Shown: piece after piece, positions 26,341 through 34,983 of the stretch
Layout of the letters: each line of letters starts with the position of its first letter
Position numbering within the stretch: position 1 is the stretch's first letter
Assembly (NCBI GenBank): GCA_041738235.1
Contig: JBGSQF010000013.1
Span: 257,899-321,898 of the forward strand
DNA from: Minisyncoccia bacterium
GTDB lineage: Bacteria; Patescibacteriota; Minisyncoccia; Moranbacterales; GCA-2747515
DNA: 64,000 nucleotides
Direction of reading: 5' to 3'
Notes under the pieces: model-generated
Told to the model about the DNA's origin: nothing
The model's database searches: none
What the model saw: the letters and a program-made list of their open reading frames with translations, nothing else
Translations under genes and position numbers: made by a program

Positions 26341-27849
26341 GTGATCAGACGCCTCTTCTTTTGGTTCCTAGTGATCGGCTTTTTTATCATTACTCCGCTA
26401 CTTATTTTTTATGCCCTCGGCTATCGATATAGCTTTGACCGAGGTATTTTTATATTTTCCGGATCCATCACTCTTAAGTCAAATCCGGAACGAATACTCA
26501 TAGATATCAATGGGAAGCCTGCCCCCACCAGCAAGGTCAATTATCTCAATAAATCCTACCACATTGACGGTCTTAGACCGGGAGAATACTCTATCCGAGT
26601 GCATCAAGATGGGTTTCAAGATTGGAACAAGAACGTAACCGTACAAAGCGGCATTTCCACAGAATTTTGGAATATCATTCTTCCCCGATCAGAATACCCA
26701 ACAGTTCAGTACGATAAAACAGCAATGATCACACGATTCTTTCCTGCGCCGAGGGACACACTGCTCGCCATAGCAGAAAGTGATCCAAGTAAACCGATGT
26801 CGCTTAAAATTGTTATTGCCGATACCAAGAACAATGCATCACAAGAGATATATACGTCCGAAGAAACTTCACTCACGTCGGACCCACTCCAAAACATCGA
26901 ATGGTCCCCACGTGAAGACATGCTCCTTGTTCCAATCGAGATTCCCACCCAGGGGGAAAAACAAACGGGAACCACCGTGCCGAGTGAACCCTCTTATAAT
27001 GAAGACCATATTATTCTTTCAATTGGTCAAAACACAACGCCTCAACTGTTAAGCACACTCCTTCCCAAAGGGTGGATTCCCATGGTCACCCGATGGTCCC
27101 CGAACGAAAGAAAGACTTTATACTTTATAAATAACGGGTCTCTTTGGAAGATCAACTTGTCCGACACGACAGTACAACCAACCCTTGTGGCAGAAAATAT
27201 CCTAGGTTATGACTTCTACACCGACCACATCATAGTACTTCGGTCTGAGAACCACATCTTCTATCGCTATACGTTGGACACGGGGTCCTCCCCCGTGCAG
27301 ATCACCACCACCGCGCTCTCAGAAAATGACAATGATCCACACAGATTGATCGTCTATGACGATAGAAAGATCGCCCTTATCAATTCTCAAAAAGATCTTT
27401 TTATCCACAACGTCTTTGACAACAATACTTATACCAAAAAGATCGCATCCCTTATTGAGGGAGCACAATTCTCTGATGATGGGAAAAAACTTCTCTTCTG
27501 GAACAAGCACGAGGTATTCGTCTACTTTACCGAGAAGTGGGAAACACAACCGCAACGTTCTGAGGATACGATACTCCAAATAGCTCGATTCTTCGACCCA
27601 ATCTCCAACGTGCAGTGGAGCAAGGATTACGAACACATTCTTTTCAGCCAGGGGACAGAAATAAAAGTACTTGCCTTAGATATGCGCGGGGGACAAGAAG
27701 GATTTATCCTTAAAACCGTTACAACCAAAGATCCTCTCGTGTTCATGAGCGCTCGCGACGACAAGATCTACTATACCGATCAGAAAGATGGACAAACCAC
27801 ACTCTTTTCTATCGATTTCCCTGAACCAACTGGATTCTTTGGAGGATAA
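26341..27849 (+). CDS. N-terminally membrane-anchored secreted protein with a PEGA domain followed by a probable beta-propeller (TolB/WD40-like) region
   Basis: N-terminal TM FFWFLVIGFFIITPLLIFYALGY. PEGA-like block ILIDINGKPAPTSKVNYLNKSYHIDGLRPGEYSIRVHQDGFQDWNKNVTV. Repetitive W/D-containing beta-strand segments follow. GTG start. Confidence 0.6.
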   Translation: MIRRLFFWFLVIGFFIITPLLIFYALGYRYSFDRGIFIFSGSITLKSNPERILIDINGKPAPTSKVNYLNKSYHIDGLRPGEYSIRVHQDGFQDWNKNVTVQSGISTEFWNIILPRSEYPTVQYDKTAMITRFFPAPRDTLLAIAESDPSKPMSLKIVIADTKNNASQEIYTSEETSLTSDPLQNIEWSPREDMLLVPIEIPTQGEKQTGTTVPSEPSYNEDHIILSIGQNTTPQLLSTLLPKGWIPMVTRWSPNERKTLYFINNGSLWKINLSDTTVQPTLVAENILGYDFYTDHIIVLRSENHIFYRYTLDTGSSPVQITTTALSENDNDPHRLIVYDDRKIALINSQKDLFIHNVFDNNTYTKKIASLIEGAQFSDDGKKLLFWNKHEVFVYFTEKWETQPQRSEDTILQIARFFDPISNVQWSKDYEHILFSQGTEIKVLALDMRGGQEGFILKTVTTKDPLVFMSARDDKIYYTDQKDGQTTLFSIDFPEPTGFFGG

Positions 27850-27885
27850 GAGGTTCTACAAAATAAACATTCCCCCATATAATAA

Positions 27886-27918
27886 AAAATATCTGCCCAA
27901 GGGACAGATATTTTTTTG
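27886..27918. terminator. Bidirectional intrinsic terminator between convergent genes (PEGA gene on +, rpsI on -)
   Basis: aaaaaatatctgcccaagggacagatattttttt: imperfect hairpin atatctg..cagatat flanked by A-run and T-run, immediately after both stop codons. Confidence 0.55.
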
Positions 27919-27933
27919 TATAATATGGCTTTT

Positions 27934-28386
27934 CTAGCGCTTCGCCCACTGTGGAGCACGACGAGCTTTCTTAAGTCCCGGTTTCTTTCGCTCCACCTTA
28001 CGAGCATCACGAGTCAAAAGCTTGGCAGACTTAAGTACTGGGTGCAGGTTTTCATCAAAAAGTGTCAAAGCACGAGCAATACCCAGTCGTATCGCCTCCG
28101 CCTGTCCACGAATACCTCCCCCTCGCACTACGATCGTCACTCGAAAACCTTTGTTTTGTCCAGTCAACACAAATGGTGTCAGCAAAGATTCCTTAAGCTC
28201 CTCAACGGTCACATATTCTTGAATGGTCTTACCATTAATAACCACCTCATTTTCTTTGAGATTCTTTTGAGCGTATAGGCGAACGCGAGCAACAGCAGAC
28301 TTTCGTCGTCCAACAGCATAAAAATATTTCTCTTTCTTGGTCGCCTTTTCAGCTGAGGCGGCAGTCTTTGTAGTGGCCATAGTCAT
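27934..28386 (-). CDS. rpsI: 30S ribosomal protein S9
   Basis: YAVGRRKSAVARVRL...VRGGGIRGQAEAIRLGIARAL...LKSAKLLTRDARKVERKKPGLKKARRAPQWAKR. Confidence 0.95.
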   Translation of the reverse strand: MTMATTKTAASAEKATKKEKYFYAVGRRKSAVARVRLYAQKNLKENEVVINGKTIQEYVTVEELKESLLTPFVLTGQNKGFRVTIVVRGGGIRGQAEAIRLGIARALTLFDENLHPVLKSAKLLTRDARKVERKKPGLKKARRAPQWAKR

Positions 28387-28391
28387 TCGCT

Positions 28392-28793
28392 TTATTCGTG
28401 AGTAATATGAATTGTCTTATGAGGATGTTCCTCTCCCTTGTAGAGCAATAGTCGTGCCATTCGAGGAGATCGCAGTCGATTTTTTGGAAGCATGCCGTAC
28501 ACTGCCTTTTCAATGATCTTGCGAGAATCCTTTTCACGCAATTTCTCTAGAGTAATAGAACTAATGCCTCCCGGGTATCCGCTGAAAGAGTAGTAAACCT
28601 TTTTTTGTTCTTTTCCGCCTGTCACATCGATCTTGTCGGTATTGATCACTACCACAAAATCACCCGCATCAATATGTGGCGTAAAATCCACTCGATTCTT
28701 CCCACTTAAAATACGAGCGATCTCGGTGGAAAGTCGACCGAGAATCTGGCCCTTCGCATCAAATAAATGGTACCTTCGTGTAATAGTATTCAT
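28392..28793 (-). CDS. rplM: 50S ribosomal protein L13
   Basis: HLFDAKGQILGRLSTEIARILSGKNR...VVVINTDKIDVTGGKEQKKVYYSFSGYPGG...AVYGMLPKNRL. Confidence 0.95.
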   Translation of the reverse strand: MNTITRRYHLFDAKGQILGRLSTEIARILSGKNRVDFTPHIDAGDFVVVINTDKIDVTGGKEQKKVYYSFSGYPGGISSITLEKLREKDSRKIIEKAVYGMLPKNRLRSPRMARLLLYKGEEHPHKTIHITHE

Positions 28794-28796
28794 AGC

Positions 28797-29162
28797 TTAT
28801 ACAAATTCAATAACAGCCAACTCCGCGCTATCGCTTTTTCTCGGGTCTAATTTGATCACTCGGGTAAATCCACTAGTCCTCTCTGAAAATCGTTTTATAA
28901 AGTCTGCATCTCGAAACTTTCGAACAGACTTTTCTGGGAGGATAACCTGCAGTCTTCTGATAGCAGAGACTGATACCTCAGGCTGATGCACCTTCTTCGC
29001 CGTAATAACCACCCGATCCATAATTCGTTTCAACTCTTTAGCCTTTGCCAAGGTTGTCGTTATTTTCTCACGCTCGATCAAGTCAGCCATAAGTCCATGC
29101 ATGAGGGCACTACGCTGATTTCTTGTCCTTCCAAATGTTCTTCCTTCTTTACGTTTTTGCAT
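28797..29162 (-). CDS. rplQ: 50S ribosomal protein L17
   Basis: MQKRKEGRTFGRTRNQRSALMHGLMADLIEREKITTTLAKAKELKRIMDRVVITAKK...GFTRVIKL. Confidence 0.9.
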   Translation of the reverse strand: MQKRKEGRTFGRTRNQRSALMHGLMADLIEREKITTTLAKAKELKRIMDRVVITAKKVHQPEVSVSAIRRLQVILPEKSVRKFRDADFIKRFSERTSGFTRVIKLDPRKSDSAELAVIEFV

Positions 29163-29186
29163 ACGCCTTGCTCCTTAGAACCCTAC

Positions 29187-29900
29187 TTATTTTACTTTCA
29201 CATCACTCTCCCCGTCTTTCTGGGCCAAAAAAGAAAATTGATCGATCAAAATACCAACCGAATAATCAAATGCCTCCTTTGGCGTAACGCTTCCATCCGT
29301 TTCTATGTCCAATATCACCTTTTCATAATCAGTTCGTTTTCCAACACGCATATTTTCAACTGTAAAGTTCACACGTCGAACGGGTGTATAAATAGCATCC
29401 ACGGCGATCATACCAACTTCCTTTTCTTCACGAATCTGCTGTTCTACAGGAACATACCCGATACCACGAACTATTTCCACCTCCATGTCCAATTCCGCTT
29501 TCTTATCGGTCAAAGTAGCCACAACAGCATCCTTGCTCACGATCTCCACCTCCGAAGAGACTTTAAAATCGCTGGCGGTCACAACCTTTTCTCCCTTCGC
29601 CTTAAGTGTTGCCTTTATTAGCTCATCGCTATTTGATCGAAGACGTATCTTCTTGAGGTTGAGAATGATCTGAACCACGTCCTCCAACACACCTGGGATC
29701 GTGGAAAATTCATGTTTGACCCCTTTTATCTTCACAGAAACGATAGCTGCTCCAGGAAGAGAAGAAAGCAGTACACGACGCAACGAGTTTCCCAACGTCG
29801 AACCATAACCAGGGTAGCACCCCTCGATGGTGATCGTTCCCTTGTCGACTCCCTCTTCGACAGAAACAACCTTTTTTGGGGGAAGAATTTTCTGCTCCAT
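29187..29900 (-). CDS. rpoA: DNA-directed RNA polymerase alpha subunit, N-terminal domain only (237 aa; no alpha-CTD)
   Basis: LGNSLRRVLLSSLPGAAIVSVKIKGVKHEFSTIPGVLEDVVQIILNLKKIRL... The protein ends where the alpha-NTD/linker ends in canonical ~330-aa RpoA. rplQ follows 24 nt downstream. Confidence 0.85.
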   Translation of the reverse strand: MEQKILPPKKVVSVEEGVDKGTITIEGCYPGYGSTLGNSLRRVLLSSLPGAAIVSVKIKGVKHEFSTIPGVLEDVVQIILNLKKIRLRSNSDELIKATLKAKGEKVVTASDFKVSSEVEIVSKDAVVATLTDKKAELDMEVEIVRGIGYVPVEQQIREEKEVGMIAVDAIYTPVRRVNFTVENMRVGKRTDYEKVILDIETDGSVTPKEAFDYSVGILIDQFSFLAQKDGESDVKVK

Positions 29901-29968
29901 GAATTTCTCTTAAAAAATTATTCCGGGGATCGATCCAATATCATTGAAAAGATCCTAAATGAAAAAGT

Positions 29969-30601
29969 TTACTTGGAATAGTACTCAACAACGATCTGAG
30001 GATCTACGTTTGCATCAATATCTTCCCGGGTTGGATCTGCTTTAATTGTTCCAGAAAGCTTCTTGCTATCGACATCTACCCACACAGGAAAATCTTTCTT
30101 GCTCTTGAGCGACTCGCGGATAGACTGTATACTCTTTTTCTCCGCCTTCTCAGCTCGCACCGAAACAACATCTCCAATCCGAACCGCTGCAGAAGGAATG
30201 TCCAATTTCATACCATTCAATGCAAATGCTCCGTGTGTGATCATTTGTCTTGCCTGAGCTCGAGATGATGCTAACCCCATTCGATAGACAACATTATCAA
30301 ATCGCTTTTCCAAACGAATCAATAGAAGGTCTCCAGCAACTCCTTTTTTATTTCGAACTTCTTCGAAATGTTTACGAAATTGTCGCTCCAATACACCATA
30401 AATTCGCTTGATCTTCTGTTTCATCGCCAACTGCCGTCCAAATTCACTCGCTCCCCGACGACCATCCTTTCCATGAATGCCCGGTGCGTATGGACGACGT
30501 ACCATGGCACATTTCTGTGAAAAACAACGATCTCCGCGAAGAAAAAGCTTATCTCCAGCGCGTCGACACAATCTACACTTAGCATCCAATGTTCTCGCCA
30601 T
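29969..30601 (-). CDS. rpsD: 30S ribosomal protein S4
   Basis: MARTLDAKCRLCRRAGDKLFLRGDRCFSQKCAMVRRPYAPGIHG...LERRLDNVVYRMGLA, S4 domain. Confidence 0.95.
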   Translation of the reverse strand: MARTLDAKCRLCRRAGDKLFLRGDRCFSQKCAMVRRPYAPGIHGKDGRRGASEFGRQLAMKQKIKRIYGVLERQFRKHFEEVRNKKGVAGDLLLIRLEKRFDNVVYRMGLASSRAQARQMITHGAFALNGMKLDIPSAAVRIGDVVSVRAEKAEKKSIQSIRESLKSKKDFPVWVDVDSKKLSGTIKADPTREDIDANVDPQIVVEYYSK

Positions 30602-30621
30602 ATATCCTTTAAATTAAACCC

Positions 30622-31104
30622 TTAAACCCTTCTTGGTCGCTTTGGCCGACACCCGTTATGCGGAATCGGCGTAAGATCCTTGATAGAAAGTAAAGTAAAT
30701 CCATTATTAGAAAAAGCACGAATAGCTGCTTCACGACCACTCCCAACTCCTTTCACAAACACTTCCAACTCCTTTACTTGATATTTTCGAACCTTTTCAA
30801 CAACATCAGCAACCACCTGCGTCGCAGCATACGGAGTAGATTTCTTTGCACCCTTGAACCCTAAAAGACCTGAACTTGACCAACCTAATACAGCTCCTCC
30901 CAAATCCGTCACTGAGATCATGGTATTGTTATATGTGCATTGAATATGCGCCTGTCCCTTAAAAACCAAACGCTTCTTACTCGCTTTCTTGCGAGAAGAG
31001 GCAGCTGAAGCCTTCTCAGAAACTTCTGAGGTAACTTCCTCGTGAGTAACTTTTGTTACCCCTTCAACATTCTCTTCCATAACTGATGTGGTGTCTTGTG
31101 CCAT
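30622..31104 (-). CDS. rpsK: 30S ribosomal protein S11 with an acidic/Ser-rich N-terminal extension
   Basis: [45 protein letters not shown]...[20 protein letters not shown]. Confidence 0.95.
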   Translation of the reverse strand: [160 protein letters not shown]

Positions 31105-31113
31105 AGCTCTTTA

Positions 31114-31503
31114 TTAGGTCTTATCGGATGCCGACTTCCTTCCACTTGCCATCGTTTTCCTCACGTTCCCACGAACAGTTCTTGTATTCGTCTTTGTTCG
31201 TTGCCCGCGTACTGGAAGTCCTTTCTGATGACGAGTCCCCCGATAACAGTTGATCTCTTTCAATCGCTTGATATTGGTCTTTACCAAGTGACGGAGATCC
31301 CCCTCAACTTTATAGCTCTTTTCTATACTTTCACGAAGTCGATTTACTTCATCACTTGAAAGATCCTTTACTCTCCTTCCTCGGTCAATGTGCAAAGAGT
31401 CAAGTATCTTTTGACTTGTTACTCGTCCAATACCGTAGATCGAAGTAAGGGAAATCTCAATTGGTTTCTGATCGGGAATGTTAATACCTGCTATACGCGC
31501 CAT
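31114..31503 (-). CDS. rpsM: 30S ribosomal protein S13
   Basis: [34 protein letters not shown]...[23 protein letters not shown]. Confidence 0.95.
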   Translation of the reverse strand: MARIAGINIPDQKPIEISLTSIYGIGRVTSQKILDSLHIDRGRRVKDLSSDEVNRLRESIEKSYKVEGDLRHLVKTNIKRLKEINCYRGTRHQKGLPVRGQRTKTNTRTVRGNVRKTMASGRKSASDKT

Positions 31504-31536
31504 ACAATATCTCGTTAATCAATAGAAAAACAAAAA

Positions 31537-31650
31537 CTACCCCTGTCGCTGCTTATGCTTAGGAGTTGAACAGATCACATATACCTTTCCTCTTCGTCGC
31601 ACAACTTTGCAACGATCGCACATTTTTTTCACAGATGCTCGGACTTTCAT
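31537..31650 (-). CDS. rpmJ: 50S ribosomal protein L36 (37 aa; below the ORF-track length cut-off)
   Basis: Translation of the minus strand gives [37 protein letters not shown], a near-consensus L36 with C-x2-C...C-x4-H. Confidence 0.9.
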   Translation of the reverse strand: MKVRASVKKMCDRCKVVRRRGKVYVICSTPKHKQRQG

Positions 31651-31666
31651 AATGTCTTCAAATATT

Positions 31667-31885
31667 CTACAGCCTTTTTATAATACGCCCTTTCATGAGA
31701 TCATACGGACTCATTTCCACCATCACTCGATCTCCTGGAAGCAAACGGATGTAATGCACTCGCATCCTTCCTGATATATGAGCCAAGATCTCGTGGTCAT
31801 TCTCTAATTTCACCCGGAAGGTCGTACTTGGGAGTGTTTCTGTGACCACACCCTCGATACGAATCACATCCTTTGAATTCCCCAT
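31667..31885 (-). CDS. infA: Translation initiation factor IF-1
   Basis: [65 protein letters not shown]. Confidence 0.95.
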   Translation of the reverse strand: MGNSKDVIRIEGVVTETLPSTTFRVKLENDHEILAHISGRMRVHYIRLLPGDRVMVEMSPYDLMKGRIIKRL

Positions 31886-32009
31886 AAATATTTACATAAC
31901 ATAAAAAGAGAGGGCAAAAGGGCTTCATTCCACGTTCATGCGAATTGCCAAAACCTCTTTTCTTCTCCTTTTCTTTCTTTAATTTTTTCGAAAAACAGCG
32001 TACTTCGCT

Positions 32010-32038
32010 ATGGTACACAAAGTTCTTTCATCTGTCAA
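32010..32038 (-). promoter_or_regulatory. Candidate sigma70-like promoter (TTGACA-17nt-TACCAT on the minus strand) upstream of infA-rpmJ-rpsM
   Basis: Minus strand reads ctcTTGACAgatgaaagaactttgtgTACCATagc, about 125 nt upstream of the infA ATG. Confidence 0.4.
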
Positions 32039-32048
32039 GAGCCCCCCC

Positions 32049-33152
32049 TTATAACCCCTCGTCCCTCAAAGATTCAATGATCCTTCTTTGGTCTCGAGAA
32101 AGCTTCTTTGGAACAGCAAGAGTAACCGTAACAATATGATCTCCTCTTCCGCGCCTCTCCAATGATGGGAATCCTCCCTCACGAATACGAAAGAGCTCCC
32201 CTGATTGTGTGCCTGCAGGAACCTTCATAATGATCTCTTCTCCACCAAGCGTTTCAACTGACACACGATCCCCCAATACGGCTTGCGACAAAGATATATG
32301 AATTGAAGAATGCAGATCCGAACCCTCCCTCTTAAAGTGTTTGTGTTTACGAACATGTACTGTAACATAGAGATCTCCGGGAGATGATCCTTGTTCTCCC
32401 GCCTCACCCTTGCCTGAAAGTGAGAGTGTTTGCCCATCATTAATACCTGCTGGAATCGTTACCCGAATTGTTTCTTCCTCTTCGGCTATACCCTCTCCAC
32501 GACACTTCGAACACACACTAGAAAAGGTCTTACCTTTTCCTCGACATTTCTGACATACCATTACTTGGGAAATAGGCCCCAATATTGTCTGCACCGTTCT
32601 TCGTACTTGTCCTGCCCCTCCACACTCCGAGCAGTTACTTGAGGATGACCCCTTCGCCCCACCTGAACCATGACATTCGGAACATACCATCCTTTTTCGA
32701 AGGTGTATTTCTCGAATCGTTTCTTTTACCATATCTTCAAAGTCTATCTCAACATCTACCTGGATATCGTGGCCACGGCCACGCGATCGACTGCGCCCCC
32801 CTCCAAAAAAGTCAGAGAACATATCCTCCATGCCACCAGAGAATCCAAACCCGCCTCCACCGGAGAATCCACCAAAATCAAACCCCTCAAAAGGGTTACC
32901 ACCTCCAGAAAATCCCCCACCTCCTCCTGACCGAGAAGATTGATCAAATGTTTGACCAAAACGATCGTACTGGGCACGCTTTTCCGAATTAGAAAGCGAT
33001 TGATAAGCCTCATTTATTTCCTTAAACTTCTTTTCATCGCCCCCAACTTTGTCAGGATGATATTTGTGCGCCAACTTACGATATGCTTTTTTGATCTCCT
33101 CTTGTGATGCCGATTTAGACACGCCGAGAAGACTATAGAAATCTTGTGCCAT
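32049..33152 (-). CDS. dnaJ: Molecular chaperone DnaJ (J-domain, Gly/Phe-rich region, 4x CxxCxGxG zinc-finger, C-terminal domain)
   Basis: [32 protein letters not shown]...CSECHGSGG...CSECGGAGQ...CQKCRGKGK...CSKCRGEG. Confidence 0.95.
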   Translation of the reverse strand: MAQDFYSLLGVSKSASQEEIKKAYRKLAHKYHPDKVGGDEKKFKEINEAYQSLSNSEKRAQYDRFGQTFDQSSRSGGGGGFSGGGNPFEGFDFGGFSGGGGFGFSGGMEDMFSDFFGGGRSRSRGRGHDIQVDVEIDFEDMVKETIREIHLRKRMVCSECHGSGGAKGSSSSNCSECGGAGQVRRTVQTILGPISQVMVCQKCRGKGKTFSSVCSKCRGEGIAEEEETIRVTIPAGINDGQTLSLSGKGEAGEQGSSPGDLYVTVHVRKHKHFKREGSDLHSSIHISLSQAVLGDRVSVETLGGEEIIMKVPAGTQSGELFRIREGGFPSLERRGRGDHIVTVTLAVPKKLSRDQRRIIESLRDEGL

Positions 33153-33264
33153 AGGGAGTAATTACGAATTTGTAAAAAGTGTTCTCTTGACCAAAAGTCG
33201 GAAGATCCTCCTCGTACTATTCATCTCGTACACTTTTTTTATAGATTATCATTAAATAAAAAAA

Positions 33265-33291
33265 TTAGCAATCCCGATATAGGACTGCTAA
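33265..33291 (-). promoter_or_regulatory. CIRCE-like inverted repeat (HrcA operator) upstream of dnaJ; with the adjacent T-run it could also act as the terminator of the upstream CMD-family gene
   Basis: Minus strand reads TTAGCAGTC-ctatatcgg-GATTGCTAA versus the CIRCE consensus TTAGCACTC-N9-GAGTGCTAA: 16/18 arm matches and an exact 9-nt spacer. About 115 nt upstream of the dnaJ ATG, followed by TTTTTTTATTT. Confidence 0.55.
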
Positions 33292-33311
33292 CTTCCCTGT
33301 ACTGTCTTTAG

Positions 33312-33848
33312 CTATTGAGGAAGAACTCTGAGAGCATCATTGAAACGATTAATATAATTGAAGAACCCAATGACCGAGGTGATTTCCACAATTTGAGCAT
33401 CATTGTAATATTTTCGAAGCTCTTCAAAGATCTCATCCCCAACTTGAGGCGCTTTTAAAGTTGATTCATTCGCATAGATTACAGCTGCCTTTTCCTCAGG
33501 AGAAAGAGAGTCTATATCATCCGAAAGGATATCTTTCATTCGATCCTCAGAAAGGCCCATTGATTTAAGCTTCTCCTCGGTCACGTCAACACAATACTCA
33601 CATTTATTAAGAGCCGAAACTTGGTGTGCCACCTTCCATTTTGTCTCTTCTGGAACTGTCCCTGGTCCCATAACAACTTTAAAAAGGTCAAAAAACTCCT
33701 TGAGAACCACTGGACAATTCGCCATCACACGTGCCCACTCAGGAACTTTCCCCGTAGCCTCTTCCCACTTAGTAAACATTTGCTGCACTTCTTCTGGAAC
33801 ATCCTCCTTATCCAAGATCGGCACTCGAGTGAAATTATTGTTGCGCAT
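33312..33848 (-). CDS. Carboxymuconolactone decarboxylase (AhpD-like) family protein
   Basis: VSALNKCEYCVDVTEEKLKSMGLSEDRMKDILS...SPEEKAAVIYANESTLKAPQ...AQIVEITSVIGFFNYINRFNDAL: AhpD-like Cys-x2-Cys/His core and fold signature. Confidence 0.6.
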   Translation of the reverse strand: MRNNNFTRVPILDKEDVPEEVQQMFTKWEEATGKVPEWARVMANCPVVLKEFFDLFKVVMGPGTVPEETKWKVAHQVSALNKCEYCVDVTEEKLKSMGLSEDRMKDILSDDIDSLSPEEKAAVIYANESTLKAPQVGDEIFEELRKYYNDAQIVEITSVIGFFNYINRFNDALRVLPQ

Positions 33849-33933
33849 ATCTTTGTTTAATAGATTAACTATACGTTTTTATTAAAGCACAAAATCATCA
33901 AAAACAAAAGATTTACACATGCATATCGAAAGA

Positions 33934-34533
33934 TTATGCACTTTTATTCTCCTTGATTGCCCTCCAAAGCCTTTCTTTACCTCGCCCCGTCTTTGCTGAA
34001 TAAAGATAAAGCTCTTCTGAAGCAAGTTCAGCGCGAATATTCTTCTCCATCTCATACTTCTCGCTCTGCGACAGACGATCTGCTTTATTTGCCACTACGA
34101 CCACGCGGTAGTCATGCTCTCTCATACGCTCTAAAACGCCTCTATCAATATCACGAAGCCCAACTTGAGCATCAACGATCAAAGCCACGGTCTGAATATC
34201 AGCTCCGGACTCCTCCAAATACCAACTCATCATTTTGGCAATGCCCTCTCGGTCACGCAAGGACATCTTGGCATATCCATACCCAGGAAGGTCAACAAAA
34301 TAGAACACTCCTTCCACCAAAAAAAAGTTGATCATTTTTGTTTGGCCTGGGTGAGAACTTGAACGCACTAGTTTTTTTGTACCAAGAAGAGAATTGATAA
34401 CACTTGATTTACCCACATTTGACCGCCCAATGAATACAACCTGAAAATGCCCATCATTGGTAATAGGATCTGTTCCCTTAATGCTTTTGATAAACTGGGG
34501 CTGAACCATAAAAATCCAAAAATAATAACTCAC
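33934..34533 (-). CDS. engB: Ribosome biogenesis GTP-binding protein EngB/YsxC (YihA). True start is probably the internal MVQPQ.
   Basis: VVFIGRSNVGKSSVINSLLG (G1), FVDLPGYGYA (G3), VVANKADRL (G4). Confidence 0.85.
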   Translation of the reverse strand: MSYYFWIFMVQPQFIKSIKGTDPITNDGHFQVVFIGRSNVGKSSVINSLLGTKKLVRSSSHPGQTKMINFFLVEGVFYFVDLPGYGYAKMSLRDREGIAKMMSWYLEESGADIQTVALIVDAQVGLRDIDRGVLERMREHDYRVVVVANKADRLSQSEKYEMEKNIRAELASEELYLYSAKTGRGKERLWRAIKENKSA

Positions 34534-34567
34534 CGTAGAACTTCAACAACAATACTCTTATGCATCT

Positions 34568-34960
34568 CTACTTTGACAAATTCGGTAGCTCTGTCCAAAT
34601 CTTCACAAAGTTTCTATGGATACTTTCTTGGTATGCTTGCTTTTGGTCTGATTCGAGAAGAGTTTTGGCAAGACTTTCCAGTCTCTCTTGAAAAAACCCT
34701 TCATATCCATAGAGTTCATCTATATACTCAGGAGCCACTGGTCTTACATCTAAAAATACATTATCTTGTCCGCGGAGACAACTCACCGTGTTTGCTAACG
34801 AAATGAGGAGAGGCATTCTATCTGCCAGTGCTTCTAACTCATCTTTTGATCCTTCTCCTTTTTCCCACCCCTTAAGCTCCTCGTCAAGAAGCGTAACAAA
34901 TGAACGAACAAAATTTATGTACTCTTCTCCTGTTGCAAGATTTCTCTTCTGAATATCCAT
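34568..34960 (-). CDS. Hypothetical protein (130 aa)
   Basis: Clean ORF in operon context; no recognisable motif. Confidence 0.4.
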   Translation of the reverse strand: MDIQKRNLATGEEYINFVRSFVTLLDEELKGWEKGEGSKDELEALADRMPLLISLANTVSCLRGQDNVFLDVRPVAPEYIDELYGYEGFFQERLESLAKTLLESDQKQAYQESIHRNFVKIWTELPNLSK

Positions 34961-34983
34961 ATAACGTTACTGTTTAAAACTAT

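Noticed and set aside
33254-33291. Treating the hairpin upstream of dnaJ purely as a rho-independent terminator
   Set aside because: Not fully rejected. The 9-N9-9 geometry and 16/18 match to CIRCE make an HrcA operator the better primary call; a terminator function may coexist.
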